A stretch of DNA of 64,000 nucleotides from Mobula hypostoma (taxonomy: Eukaryota), in contig NC_086109.1 of NCBI RefSeq assembly GCF_963921235.1, positions 3,784,001-3,848,000 of the forward strand. Reading direction: 5' to 3'. The notes under the pieces are model-generated. The model saw only the letters and a program-made list of their open reading frames with translations, searched no databases and was not told the origin of the DNA. The number at the start of each line of letters is the position of its first letter. Positions within the stretch are counted from its first letter, which is position 1. The translations under genes were made by a program, and so were the position numbers. Positions 46,482 through 59,365 of the stretch are shown piece after piece.

Positions 46482-49400
46482 TGAAACAAGTCAACAGTTC
46501 ACTGATTTAAATGAGAACTGTTGCAGAATTTTGAGGAAAATGAAAACAATGAAAGCTAGGCCAACAGGACCATTAGCTAAAGCTCTCAAACTGAAAGTAA
46601 AATGCCAACTCCAGGGCTGAAAGCAATATCTAATTAATAAATGAAAGTTACTCCTCTCCAGCATCAGTCGAGACAGTAGTCCGCTTCCCCAGACAAGGAT
46701 GAGGGAGGTAGGGAGCATAACATTGCTGTGCTTTTGCTCAAATCTCAACAACACTACAACGAAAAGAGGGAAGTTAAATATCACCAAAATGAAAGAGAAA
46801 TTAGCTAGAACGTGTGTATTTGTGAACGCAGTTGTCTAACCTGTTGCACAGCTCAGTCCCAGCCTATTCAATCTCCTTGTAACTACATCAGTCCATCACA
46901 CATTGACCACACGGCAGAGTCTGTGGTTCTGATCAATGTTATTCCTTTCTTCAAGTCAGGGTGAGGAATAACCCTTGGAATTATAGATCAGTGAGATGTA
47001 CTTCAGCAGTGAGCAAATTATCAGAGAGGATTCTTTGAGACACAACTTACAGGTATTTAGAGAATCATAGTCACCATCTATGTCCCTCATGATTTTGTAC
47101 ACCTCTATCAAATCTCCCCTCATTCTTTTAGCCTTCAGGGAATAAATTCCAAACCGATTCAACCTTTCCCTATAACTCAGGTCTTCAAGTCCGAGCAACA
47201 TCCTTGTAGTTGTGCTGAAGCTGAATATTCTGGGTTTCGCTGAGGACTTTCAGAATCTCCACGTGTCTTGGTGCTGAGATGAATCAGAAAGAGAATTGGA
47301 TTTATTTTGACCCCTGCTCTGTTTGCCTCTGAGAATTGTGGCTCCGTGCTAGCGGGATTCTGGAGTTTGAAGCAGCCATCCATTTATATTTCCTGTCCGA
47401 ATCCAGCGAGCCTTGCCGCTGTGCCTGAGGGTGAGGTACGGCTGACTGAGACTACCCCGCACCAGGGGCAGTGATACAGCACAGAGCAGCCACCCAGCCC
47501 TGCTAGTGAAGCTGACATCAATCACTGAAATAGTGACCTTCCCCTCAGAGCTGACTGTGTTTTGGTTCAGCATTTCGACCCTGTGGTGCCCAGATTTTAA
47601 AAATTCCTCACCACACTGCAAATTACTCAGTGTATCCTCGACAAAGACTCAGCGTTTGACCTTCTGGCCTGATGTTATTCATTATTACTGAGGCTTCTGC
47701 TAAACATCTCAAACTCCAGTCAACATGAGCGTGTCTTGTTCCAGTTTGCTAATTTATTGTAAGTTATAGCTCAGTAAATTACAGCTATGATTGGCCGATG
47801 TGATATTAATTGGACATAAAGCCTTTCACACGTGCATTGCATTTTGCTAATATTGAGGGTGATCATATCGAAGAAGGTCACGGTTCTTATCATAGAATCT
47901 CTTTCAGTAAACGTTGCTAAGTGCTGCTTTCTGCCACATCGATCCTGTCTCTCCTCCACGTGACCTCTTCCAATCCACTTTAGGAACAGCCAGCTTCGCC
48001 TGTAATGTCATGGCTCCTTCGTCCAGCCTCACATACAAATTAAACTGAGACCATTCCAGCTGCTGAGAAGTTAATTATGTCATTTGGGAACAATGAAAAA
48101 AACTGACAGTCCATGCCAAGTTCTTTACCAAAAATATTCTGAAAATGGAAATAAAAACACATCTGCAATGCATTTTAGGAAAAGGGATGATTTAATTCAC
48201 ATGATGTGAGGTCCGCTGTTTTTTTTTTAATTATGCAGTTCTTTGTCATAAAAAGGGAACAGAAAGTATTAATAGACCTCTTTATTTTTGAGAACCATTT
48301 TGTCCAACTGCTGTCAGTAAACAGTAAAACAGGACCGAATACGTTGATGTAGAATGAGAACATGAGAACTAGGCACAAGCAACAATTTATTTTCTTACTC
48401 CCCTCTGGTGCTCTGTAAGACCATAAGACATAGGAGCAGAATTAGGCCATTTGGCCCAACTGGTTCTGCCATCCCATTATAGCTGGTCATTTACCTCAGC
48501 ATCACTTGGTTTTGTTAAGTCTACATCACTTGATTCCATTCAGGCCCCCAAAAAAGTTTCAGATCCTGTATAGATTCCTCCCCTTTCACCGTAAACTATG
48601 TCCTCTAATATTAGGCTAGAAGTTCTGATCTCTGCCCCCATGATGTTATAAACCTCTATAGTCACTACTCAACTTCCTGCTTGTTGGTGCTGGAATGTGC
48701 GGCAATGCATGCAGCCTGCCTTCAGCACGTTCTTAGGTGTGTTGGTACAGCTGCAACCTGACATCCCAACTCTTATACACAGAGCATATAAGAAGGTTAG
48801 TAAGGTAAGCACCTTCTTCACTATCCTATCCACCCAAGTTTCCAGTTTCAAAGACCTCAGACCTTGCAGTTTACCCTCTGGACCAGCCTACCTTAGGGGA
48901 CCTTATCAAAAGTCTTACTAAAATCCCATTAAACCACAACTCACTTTATCAATTTTCTTAGTTACCTCCTCAAAAAACTTGAAACAGGTAGAGTCATAGA
49001 TCATTGAAGCAGACAAGCAAGCCCATCAGCCCATCCAGTCCATCCAGTCCATGCTGAACCATTCTGCCTTGTCCCATCGACCTGCACCTGGACAATTCAT
49101 GTACCTACCCATCTTCCTCTTAAACGTTGAAATCGAACCACTTCCGCTGGCATCTTCTTCTGCATTCACACCACCCTCAGTGAAGACGTCCCCCCATCAT
49201 TTTCCCCTTAGGCACAAGACACAAGAGCAGAATTAGGCCATTTGGCCCATTGAGTCTGTTCCAACATTTCATCATCGCTGATAAGCGTTTCACCTTTTAC
49301 CCTAAACCTATGACCTCTAGTTCTAGTCTGACCCAACTTCAGATTTGTGAGACATGATCTCCCCTGCAGAAAACCATGCTGACTCTTCCTATCCAGTCCC

Positions 49401-50067
49401 TGTCTTTCCAAGTGAACATAAATCCTGATGTTAAAAACACAAACCTTTGGAGGAACTGCTCCAAATTCCAGCATCTACATTTGGATGGGTGTCTGAATGA
49501 AAAGGTTTTCAATGTCAAGAGTAGATGACCAGTGAGTAGATTTTTTCTTAATTTCCTCAGGGTAGCTGCAGAATACAAGGTCTCCGGGTTGAGGATTTTT
49601 TCAGAGTAGGCAATCAGTTAATGGAAACCAAAGCATCAGAACCATTAATCTTGGCTGGAAGAGTATAGCTGAGTCTTTCCTCAGCCAGAGATCAGTGATA
49701 CAGCCGCTTCCCATCAACGTAACATCGGCCCATGGAATTCGTAAACTCTCTGCAGGTCAAACTGTGTGCGTGGAGGCAATGTTTACAGCCAGTGAACTTC
49801 CTCAGAACTGGAAAGAGCATAAAAGGAAACTAAATAAGTTTTAGGTTGCAGAGAAAGTGTGAATGAGCAGAGCAAAAGAGAGGGCAAGCCTGTGACTGGA
49901 TGGAATGGAAATTGGTAACACTACTCTTTACATAGACTGAAAAACAAGTGGGCCGAGCTTTTCCTGTTTTTATTTTCTATTCCTCCCATTCCCAGTTTTT
50001 TGCCTGTTGAATAGGTGTCAAAAATGAATCTGTTGTATTTATGCTGATGCAGTAATCAGGGGAATTT

Positions 50068-50965
50068 AACATGAGAAATTCTGTAGATGCTGGAAGTTCA
50101 AAACACACACACAAAATGCTGGAGGAACTCAGCAGGTCAGGCAGCATCTATGCACATTAATAAACCGTTGACATTTTGGGCTGAGACCCTTCTTCAGGAC
50201 TGGAAAGGAAGGGGGCGGGGAAGGAGGATAGCTAGAAGATGATAGGTGAGGCCTGCTGGGTGGGACCCAGATCTGGGCCGTACCCTCCAAATATCCAGAC
50301 CTGCCTCTCGGTTTTTTTTGCACTACCTTACTTTCCCTTTTCTATTTTCTATTTATGATTTATAATTTAAATTTTTAATATTTACTATCGATTTGTACTC
50401 CAGGGAGCGCGAAGCGCAGAATCAAATATCGCTGTGATGATTGTACGCTCTAGTATCAATTGTTTGGCGACAATAAAGTAAAGTAAAGTAAGGTAAAGGG
50501 CTGGAGAAGAAGTAATCTGACAAAAGAGGGGAGGGGACCGTGGGAGAAAGAAAAGGAGGATGGGCCCAGGAGAAGGTGATAAGCAGGTGAGAAGAGGTAA
50601 GGGGCCAAGGTGAGGAATAGATGAGGAGGGGAGGGGAAGGGAAGTTTTTTACTGGAAGAAGAAATCGAGCACTTCGTCGAGCACTTCACACCATCTGCCA
50701 AAAGCAGAACTTCCTGGTGGCCAACTATCTCAATTCCAATTCTCATTCCCAATTCCAACATGTCAGTCCATGACCTCCTCTTCTTCCATCAGATTCTTTC
50801 TTCTCCAGGCCTTTACCCTTCCTTTCCACCTGGTTTCACCTTCCCCTCCCCTCCTCAACCTTTTTACTCTGGTGTCTTCCCCCTTTCCTTCCAGTCCTGA
50901 AAACCCAAAACATCAACTATTTATTAATTTCCTCAGATGCGGCCTGATCTCCCAAGTTCCTCCAG

Positions 50966-50975
<10 letters not shown>
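50068..50975. mobile_element. Inverted Penelope-like arrangement (minus pLTR, then plus GIY-YIG/pLTR) with a Rex 3' UTR inserted at 50245-50491
   Basis: Minus CCAGTCCTGAAGAAGGGTCTCAGCCCAAAATGTCAAC; plus CTTCGTCGAGCAC...CCAGTCCTGAA...CCAGCATTTTGTGTG; the insert matches the 3' UTR at 24418-24670. Confidence 0.72.
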
Positions 50976-51001
<26 letters not shown>

Positions 51002-51029
51002 TGGGAGATGAAGTTCTGAAGAACTTTAA

Positions 51030-51595
51030 ATTGAGACTTTATAAGGCATTGGTCAGACCACACTTGGAGTATTGTGAGCAGTTTTGGGCTCCTTATCTTG
51101 GCATTGGAGAGGATCCAGAGGAAGTTCACAAGAATGTTCCAGGAATGAAAGGGTATGAAAGGAACATTTTATGGCTTTGGGCATGTAGAGACTGGAATTT
51201 AGATGACTGAGGGCTGGAGGGATCTCACTGAAATCTATTCAATGTTGAAAGGGTTAGATATAGTGACTGTGGAGAAGATGTTACCTATGGTGTGAGTGTC
51301 TAGATGCAAGAGGGCACTGCCTCAGAATAGAGGGACATCCCTTTAAAATAGAGATGGAGAAGAAGTTCTTTAGCCAGAGAGTAGTAAATCTGTAGAACTC
51401 TTGCCACAAACAGCTGTGGCGCCCAAATCACTAGGTACATTTAAAGCAAATGTTGAATAGGTACTTGATTTTCAGGGTCTCAAAGTTTAAGGGGAGAAGG
51501 CCGGAGATTGGGTTTGAGAAAGATAATAAATCAGCTACAGTGGAATACAGAGCAGATTCAATGGGCCAAATAGCTCCTCTAATCTTATGGTCTTA
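51030..51595 (+). mobile_element. CR1 3' fragment
   Basis: LRLYKALVRPHLEYCEQFWAPY; TCTTATGGTCTTA tail. Confidence 0.85.
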
Positions 51596-51702
51596 AGTTG
51601 AAAAGGGGTGGCAACAGATAACAATTGGTCAGAGAGCTGGTGAACGATGTACGAACGTGTAATTCTACATTCATACCAAGTTAACAAATTTCACAACACA
51701 TT

Positions 51703-53901
51703 GAAAACATAGAAAAACTACAGCACAATATAGGCCCTTCGGCCACAATACTGTGCCAAACATGTACTTACCTTAGAAATTACCTATGGTTACTTATAGC
51801 CCTCTATTTTTCTAAGCTCCATGTACCCATCCAGGAGTCTCTTAAAAAACCCTATCTTTTCCTCCTCCACCACCATCACCGGCAGCCCATTCTACGCACT
51901 CACTGCTCTCTGCGTAAAAAAACTTAGCTCTGACCTCTCTTTTACACCTACTTCCAAACACCTTAAAACTGTGCCCTTTCATGACAGCCATTTCGGCCTT
52001 GGGAAAAAGCCTCTGACTATCCACATAATCAATGCCTCTCATCATCTTATATACCTCTATCAGGTCACCTCTCATCCTTCGTCGCTCCCAAGGAGAAAAG
52101 GCCAAGTTCACTCAACCTATTCTCGTAAGGAATGCTCCCCAATCTAGGCAATATCCTTGTAAATCTCCTCTGCACCCTTTCTATAGTTTCCACACCCTTC
52201 CTATAGTGAGGCAACCTGCACTGAGCACAGTACTCCAAGTGGGGTCTGACCAGAGTCCTATATCAGAATCAGAATCAGGTTTATTATCACCGGCATGTGA
52301 CATGAAATTTGTTAACTTAGCAGCAGCAGTTCAATGCAATACATAATCCATCAGAGAGAAAATAAATAAACAAAATAAAATATAATAATGATAAAGTAAA
52401 TCAATTACGTATATTGAATAGATTTTTTAAAAACATGCAAAAACAGAAATACTGTATATTAAAAAAAAGTAAGGTAAGTGTCCAAAGCTTCAATATCCAT
52501 TTAGGAATCAGATGGCAGAGGGGAAGAAGCTGTTCCTGAATCATTGAGTGTATGCCTTCAGGCTTCTGTACCTCCTACCTATGGTAACAGTGAGAAAAGG
52601 GCATGCCCTGGGTGCTGGAGGTCCTTAATAATGGACACTGCCTTTCTGAGACACCGCTCCTTGAAGATGTCCTGGGTATTTGTAGGCTTGTGCCCAGGCT
52701 GACTAAACTTACAACCTTCTGCAGCTTCTTTCAGTCTTGTTCAGTAGCCCCTCCATACCAGGCAGTGATGCAGCCTGTCAGAACGCTCTCCACAGTACAA
52801 CTATAGAAGCTTTTGAGTGTATTGGTTGACATGCTAAATCTCTTCAAACTCCTAATAAAGTATAGCCGCTGACTTGCCTTCTTCATAACTACATCGATAT
52901 GTTGGGACCAGGTTAGATCCTCAGAGATCTTGACACCCAGGAACTTGAGACTGCTCACTCTCTCCACTTCTGATCCCTCTATGAGGATTGGTATGTGTTC
53001 CTTCGTCTTACCCTTCCTGAAGTCCACAAACAACTCTTTCGTCTCACTAACGTTGAGTGCCAGGTTGTTGCTGCGGCACCACTCCACTAGTTGACTGTAA
53101 CATTACCCCTCAGCTCTTAAACTCAATCCCACAGTTGATGAAGGCCAATACACCATATGCCTTCTTAACCACAGAGTCAACCTGCGCAGCAGCTTTGAGT
53201 GTCCTATGGACTTGGACCCTAAGATCCCTCTGATCCTCCACACTGCCTCGAGTCTTACCATTAATACTGTATTCTGCCATCATATCTGACCGACCAAAAT
53301 GAATCACCTCACACTTATCTGGGTTGAACTCCATCTGCCACTTCTCAGCCCAGTTTTGCATCCTATCAATGTCCCGCTGTAACCTCTGACAGACATCCAC
53401 ACTATCCACAACACCCCCAACCTTTGTGTCATCAGCAAATTTACTAACCCATCCCTCCACTTCCTCATCAAGGTCATTTATAAAAATCACAAAGAGAAGG
53501 TTTCCCCAAACAGATCCCTGAGGCACACCACAGGTCACAGACATCCATGCAAAAAGTTCAATCAGGCTCGTAAGGCACGACCTGCCTTTGACAAAGCCAT
53601 GCTGACAAATCCTAATCATATTATGCCTCTCCAAATGTTCATAAATCCTGCCTCTCCGGATCTTTTCCATCAACTTACCAACCACTGAAGTAAGACTCAC
53701 TGGTCTATAATTTCCTGGACTATCTCTACTCCCTTTCTTGAATAAGGGAACAACATCTGCAACCCTCCAATCCTCTGGAACCTCTCCCGTCCCCACTGAT
53801 GATGCAAAGATCATTGCCAGAGGCTCAGCAATCTCCTCCCCCGCCTCCCACAGTAGCCTGGGGTACATCTTGTCCAATCCCAGTGACTTATCCAACTTGA
53901 T
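51703..53901 (-). mobile_element. CR1 fragment (RT plus tail) interrupted by a Rex element
   Basis: ORF 53110..53895 NYRPVSLTS...GVPQGS...KFADDTK; ORF 51842..52111 RRRMRGDLIEVYK. Confidence 0.88.
52263..53093 (-). mobile_element. Rex1/Babar 3' fragment nested in CR1
   Basis: WCRSNNLALNVSETKELFVDFRK...KKASQRLYFIRSL; (AATCAG)n tail. Confidence 0.88.
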
Positions 53902-54284
53902 GCCAGTGCCCGTGATAATAAACCAGATTCTGATTCTGAATATATAATGGAATATTTTGCAATGGTTGAGAGATTTGCAACACTAGGAACCACAGTAGTT
54001 AGCACGGGTAGGCATCAAAAGAATTCACTGAACATTTGGTTAACACGCAAGTAGAGCTGACCTGAAATGGGAATTATTGTCTCGGGATTTGTTTCCAAGA
54101 GTTAGGAATCCTGCAACCCAGAGGGTTTTGGTACTCAGAAACTGATTTTTTTTGTCCTCGAGGGAGTGAGGAAATGGGGGATTAGGCTAGAATTTGTCAA
54201 GGCTGTTAGTGGATCAGACCACATTGAATCGCAGGTTGTAATTTTATTCTATAAAGTCAAGTTACATACTTAATTCAGAGGCAC

Positions 54285-54740
54285 AAGAATGCAGATACTG
54301 GGAATCTGGAGCAACACACACTGAATGCGGGCTGACTTATGTGTTACGGTCTTGTGGTCTGATGAAGGGTCTCAGACCAACATGTTGACTGTTTATTTCC
54401 CTTCATGTGAGTTGCCTGACCTGCTAAATTCCTCCAACATTCTCCATGTGTTGTCCAATGTGTTCCTCCTTCCCTTTCTCCCATGGTCCACTCTCCCCTC
54501 AGGTTCCTTCTTCTTCAGCCCTTTACCTTCTCCACCTATCACCTCCCAGCTCCTCAATTCCACCTCCTCCGCTCCACCTGGCTTCACCTATCTCCTTCTA
54601 GCTTATAGTCCTTCCCCTCCCCCCCCCCACCTTCTCTGCCTAGCTTCTTCCAGTCCTAATGAAGGATCTCAGCCCGAAATATCAACTCTCAATCCCTTTA
54701 CAGCTGCCTGAAGCTCTGAGTTGCTCCAACTTTGGATTCA
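54285..54740 (+). mobile_element. Tandem Penelope-like pLTRs with two degenerate hammerhead motifs
   Basis: GTCTGATGAAGGGTCTCAGACCAACATGTTGACT near 54357 and AGTCCTAATGAAGGATCTCAGCCCGAAATATCAACT near 54652. Confidence 0.7.
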
Positions 54741-55276
54741 GGTCAGTGAATGGTGCAAGGATGTAAAGTTCCTGTCTATAGTTGGATTCCCAATGAACAG
54801 AACTGAGTTCACTGCCTACCGATTGGAGATTTTCATGGAGCAGCAGAGTTACACAAACCCAGAGCGATCCCTCGCGGTGAGTTAGATCGTCCCAGCAGCT
54901 ACTCCACCGAGAATTCTCGATCACAGACTGTAAGTGAGAATTAGATTGATCCTGACTGAATAGGCTTGTGCTGACCACCAGCAGCGACTGCACAATAGAA
55001 TTTGACCAATTTACCACTGTGTATGAAGCTGAGATGACTGAAATCCAACCCATTGAGCAGGTCAGGCACACATAAAGATTGAAATCCATCTGGAGCTTCG
55101 GTGTGCCTTCCCCGTCTGGGCCACCCTGCTGATTACATTGGGGTGGTGGCTTAGATTAACATGTAGGAGAGCATCAGATATCGAGCTCTCCACTGTACCT
55201 CGCTGTTCTGCTGCCGTAAAGACAGGCTAAGACACACAATTGCACTTAAAAAAAACAAGGATCCTGATTTGGTAAG

Positions 55277-55729
55277 AATTGGAACCAGATTTAGTGTCAC
55301 TAGCATACGTCGTAAAATTTGTTAGCTTTGCAGCAGCAGTACAATGATAACGCAGAGAAAAAGAAAACTGAATTACAGTATCTGTGTATTAAATAATTAA
55401 ATGAACTAAGTAGTTCAGAAAATAGGAAGTAAAGAAGTAGTGAAGTCGTGTCCATTCAGAAATCAGATGGCAGAGGGGAAGAAGCTGTTCCTGAATCACT
55501 GAGTGTGTGCCTTCAGGCTCCTGTACCTCCTCCCTGATGGTAGCAATGAGAAGAGGGCATGTCCTGGGGAATGATGCCTTTTGGAGGCATCGCTCCTTGG
55601 CGAAAGCCTGGATACAGAGGCCAGTGCACATGATGGAGCTGACTAAATTTACAACTCGGTAGTTTACTTTGATCCTGTGCAGTAGATCCCCCTCCCCCGA
55701 TACCTGGCAGTGATGCTGCCAGTTAGAAT
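55277..55729 (-). mobile_element. Rex1/Babar 3' fragment flanked by a long direct repeat
   Basis: GATGGCAGAGGGGAAGAAGCTGTTCCTGAATCACTGAGTGTGTGCCTTCAGGCTCCTGTACC; flanking repeats 55123-55276 and 55730-55856. Confidence 0.8.
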
Positions 55730-56389
55730 ACCCTGCTGATTACATTGGGATGGTGGCTTAGATTGACATCAGATATCGAGCTCTCCACTGTACTCCGCTG
55801 TTCTGTCGCCGTAAAGGCAGGCCAACTCAGGCAAACAAGGATCCCGATTTGGTAAGGGGAACACCATCAAAAAAGCTAATTTGTATACAGGGAAGAGGTG
55901 CATGTTCACATAGAGAGTAGATCCCTGCTCTGAATATCTTTCAGTCTGAAATGAATTTCAATAAACCTTACCAAAAATAAGCTGTTTGTATTCATGGAAG
56001 TCCATTTTAACCCTTTCAGTTCAGAGAAGGTTTAAGATCAATGTAAATATTCTCAAGTAGCAAACTCTGTTGGCAGACAAACGTTCAAAAACGCTAGTGT
56101 GATATTTCTCAGCTCGCTATTTTAATCTGAAAATTGAACCATCTGTTAAATCCAGGGGGGAACTGATTTATGTAAGGCTTTAGTCTAGCTCTATAATTAA
56201 TTTTTCCATTAATTTCAGGTGTTTGCGACATTTAACTTGAAGCTTGATTAGTGCATCTAATTGATCACTATCTTTGATTAGTGCAGAGACAAATAGTCCC
56301 CTCCCATCACAAGTTAACTCCTTTCACCTTCTATATTTTATTCAAAACTCATTTTATAAAGGAAATCAATCCACAGAAGTATGGTCACT

Positions 56390-57840
56390 CATAAGACTAG
56401 TAGATACAGGAGCAGGATTAGGCCATTTGACCCATCGAGTCTGCTCTGCCATTTCATCATGGCTGATCCATTTTTCCTCTCAGCCCCAATCTTCTGCCTC
56501 TCCCCATATCCCTTCACGCCTGACCAATCAAGAATCTATCAAACTCTGCCATAAATTTACCCAATGACTTGGCTTCCACAGCCACCTGTGGCAACAACTT
56601 CCACAGATTCACCACTGCCTGGCTAAAGAAATTCCTCCTCATCTCCATTCTAAATGGATGTCACTCTATTCTGAGGCTGTACCCTCTGGTCTTAGACTCC
56701 CCCACCATTGGAAACCCTTTCCATATCCGCTCTATCAAAGCTTTTCAATATTTGATAGTCTTCATTGAGATCCACCCTCATTGTTCTGAATTCCAGGGAG
56801 TGCAGGCCCAGAGCCATCAATTGGTCCTCATATGATTAGCCTTTCATTTGCGGAACCATTCTCACGAACTTCCTCTGAACCCTCTCCAATTTTAGCACAT
56901 CCTTTCTTAGATAAGGATGTGCTCTAAGTGAGACCTTAACAATGCCTTATAAAGCCTCAACATTACATCCTTGCTTTTATATTCTAGTCTTCGCGAAATG
57001 AGTTACAACATTGCATTTGCCTACCTCACCACCCACTGAACCTGCAATTTAACCTTTAGGGAATCCTGCAGTCCCTTTGCACTTTGGATTTTTTTGTATT
57101 TTCATGCTGGAAAGTTGAAATTGAAGGTAGGATACAGGATTAATGGCAGGATTCTTAGCAGTATGAAGGAGCAGAGGGGTCTTGGGGTCGACATACATAG
57201 ATCCCTCAAAGTTGCCAAGCATGTTGATAAGCTGGTTAAGAAGACATACAGTGTGTTGACTTCATTAGTTGGGGGATTGAGGTCAAGAGTCACGAGGTAG
57301 AGTTACAACTACATAAATGCTGTTTGAACCACATTTTGATATTGTGTTCAGTTCTCATCACCTGATAGTAGGAAGGACGTGGAAGCTTCCGAGAGGGTTC
57401 TGAGGAGATTTACTAGGCATCTCTTGGGTTAGAGATCATGTTTTTTTGAGAAAAAGTTGAGTGGGCTGGAGCTTTTCTCTTTGGGGCGGAAAGGGCTAAG
57501 ATGAGAGGACACAATTTTAAGGTGATTGGAGGAAAGTATAGGGGGAAGTTCCAAGGTAGGTTTTACACAGAGAGTGGTGCGTGCATGGACCCTACTGCTA
57601 GGGTGGAGGTAGAGACAGCCGCATTAGGGACCTTTAAGGGACTCTTAGATAGACACATGGAGGAAAGAAAAATTGAGGACTCTGTAGAAAGGAAGAGTTA
57701 TATCAGGGTTCCCAAAGTTTTTTATGCCATGGACCAATGCTATTAGGCAAGGGATCCGTGGCCCCAGTTTGGGAACCCCTGGTTAGATTGACCTTGAGTT
57801 AGATTAAGGGCTGACGAGACTGCACTATATTGTACTGTAC
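56390..57840. mobile_element. Two divergent CR1 3' fragments (minus 56390-57095, plus 57130-57840)
   Basis: CR1 3' ORF2 and tail motifs on opposite strands. Confidence 0.78.
57704..57781. mobile_element. Tiny hAT (Charlie-like) MITE
   Basis: TIR CAGGGTTCCCAA / TTGGGAACCCCTG; flanks GTTATAT / GTTAGAT. Confidence 0.7.
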
Positions 57841-58549
57841 TATAAATCTAATGCAATAGAAAACATTCATTCATGTATTTTCAACAGATACTCTGTCAAC
57901 ACTTCCTACTTGCAGCGTTTTCTCCCTGTGTTTCACCGTCTGACACAAGTTATTTGCAATTGAGATTAATTATTCTATTGTTTGAAATTAAAGCTGGCAG
58001 GTAACAGCCAGACTAAACACTCAATCGGAGCATTTACACATTGGCGTTTAGTGAAGTGCTGGACCCTTGCCAAGTCTTTGTCTGAAATCTTCAAACTCCA
58101 CAATAAAGATGAGGCATATTGGTCTGTCAGTACTAGCTACAGGACAAGTAGTCTTGTACCACCTGTAGAAATTGCCAGATAAACAAAATTAACTTATCAT
58201 TCTTGTCCAATAATACAAACTCACTTGTAGTTACTCACTGTGTTGAAGTAACCCAGTTGGTGTTAGCTTTATATGCCACATTTATATTGAGACGTACGGT
58301 GGAATGCATTGTTTTGTGGTCAATGACCAACACAGTCAAAGGATGTACTGGGGGAAGTCAGCAAGTGTCAAAATCTAATCAAATGGTTCAATTTAATATC
58401 AGAGTACGTATACAGTATACAACTTGAAATTCTTACTCTTCACAGACATCGACAAAACAAGAAACTTTATAGAATGAACAATAGAAACATCAGAACCCCG
58501 AAGTCCCCCCTCCCCTCTCCGGCGCCAACATAGCATGCTCACAGTACAC

Positions 58550-58720
58550 TAGTCCTAACCCATATATCTTTGGAATGTGGGAGGAAACTGGAGCACCTTG
58601 AGGAAACCCACATATTTATGGGGAGAACGTACAAACTCCTTACAGACAGCAATGGGAACTGAACCCGTATCTTACAACTGGCAGTGTAAAGTGTTACATT
58701 AACTGCTGCACTACCATGCT
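58550..58720 (-). mobile_element. V-SINE
   Basis: Reverse complement of the V-domain TTTCCTCCCACATTCCAAAGA and tRNA head. Confidence 0.75.
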
Positions 58721-58855
58721 GCCTGTCTATTCTGTTAGACAAGGTGAGCCGTGGTAGAGAGAGTAACATCTCTGCTGGTGGCTATATTGATAGGACTTGT
58801 TCATACACCTTGTCAAAGCATGCTTGTCCACTGATAGACAGTGCCTTACAAAGGT

Positions 58856-59365
58856 AAACACGATTTAACACGATTTTGACTTCTCTAACTTCCGCTAACA
58901 TTGACTGCTCTAACTTCCGCCAACATTGACTGCTCTAACTTCCGCCAACATTGACTTCTCTAACTTCCGCTATTGCCCCACCTCCCCCTCGTACCCCATC
59001 CATTATTTATTTATATACACACATTCTTTCTCTCTCTCTCCTTTTTCTCCCTCTGTCCCTCTGACTATACCCCTTGCCCATCCTCTGGGTTTTTCTTCTC
59101 TCCCCCTTTTCCTTCTCCCTAGGCCTCCTGTCCCATGATCCTCTCATATCCCTTTTGCCAATCACCTGTCCAGCTCTTGGCTCCATCCCTCCCCCTCTTG
59201 TCTTCTCCCATAATTTCGGATCTCCCCTTCTCCCTGTCAAATCTCTTACTAGCTCTTCCTTCAGTTAGTCCTGACGAAGGGTCTCGGCCCGAAACGTCGA
59301 CTGTACCTCTTCCTGGAGATGCTGCCTGGCCTGCTGCGTTCACCAGCAACTTTGATGTGTGTTGT
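58856..59365 (+). mobile_element. Penelope-like 3' end/pLTR with 16-bp TSD
   Basis: NIDFSNFR terminus, pyrimidine-rich UTR, pLTR; TSD AGTGCCTTACA(A/G)AGGT at 58840-58855 and 59366-59381. Confidence 0.85.
59267..59302 (+). ncRNA. Minimal type I hammerhead ribozyme (Penelope-associated)
   Basis: AGTC-CTGACGA-AGGGTCTCGGCCC-GAAAC-GTC-GACT; core intact. Confidence 0.82.

Noticed and set aside
45050..54690. Additional hammerheads near 45050-45088 (-), 50165-50203 (-), 54357 and 54652 (+)
   Set aside because: Core substitutions (GAAA>AAAA/AACA, CTGA>CTAA, cleavage triplet lost); treated as dead pLTR relics.
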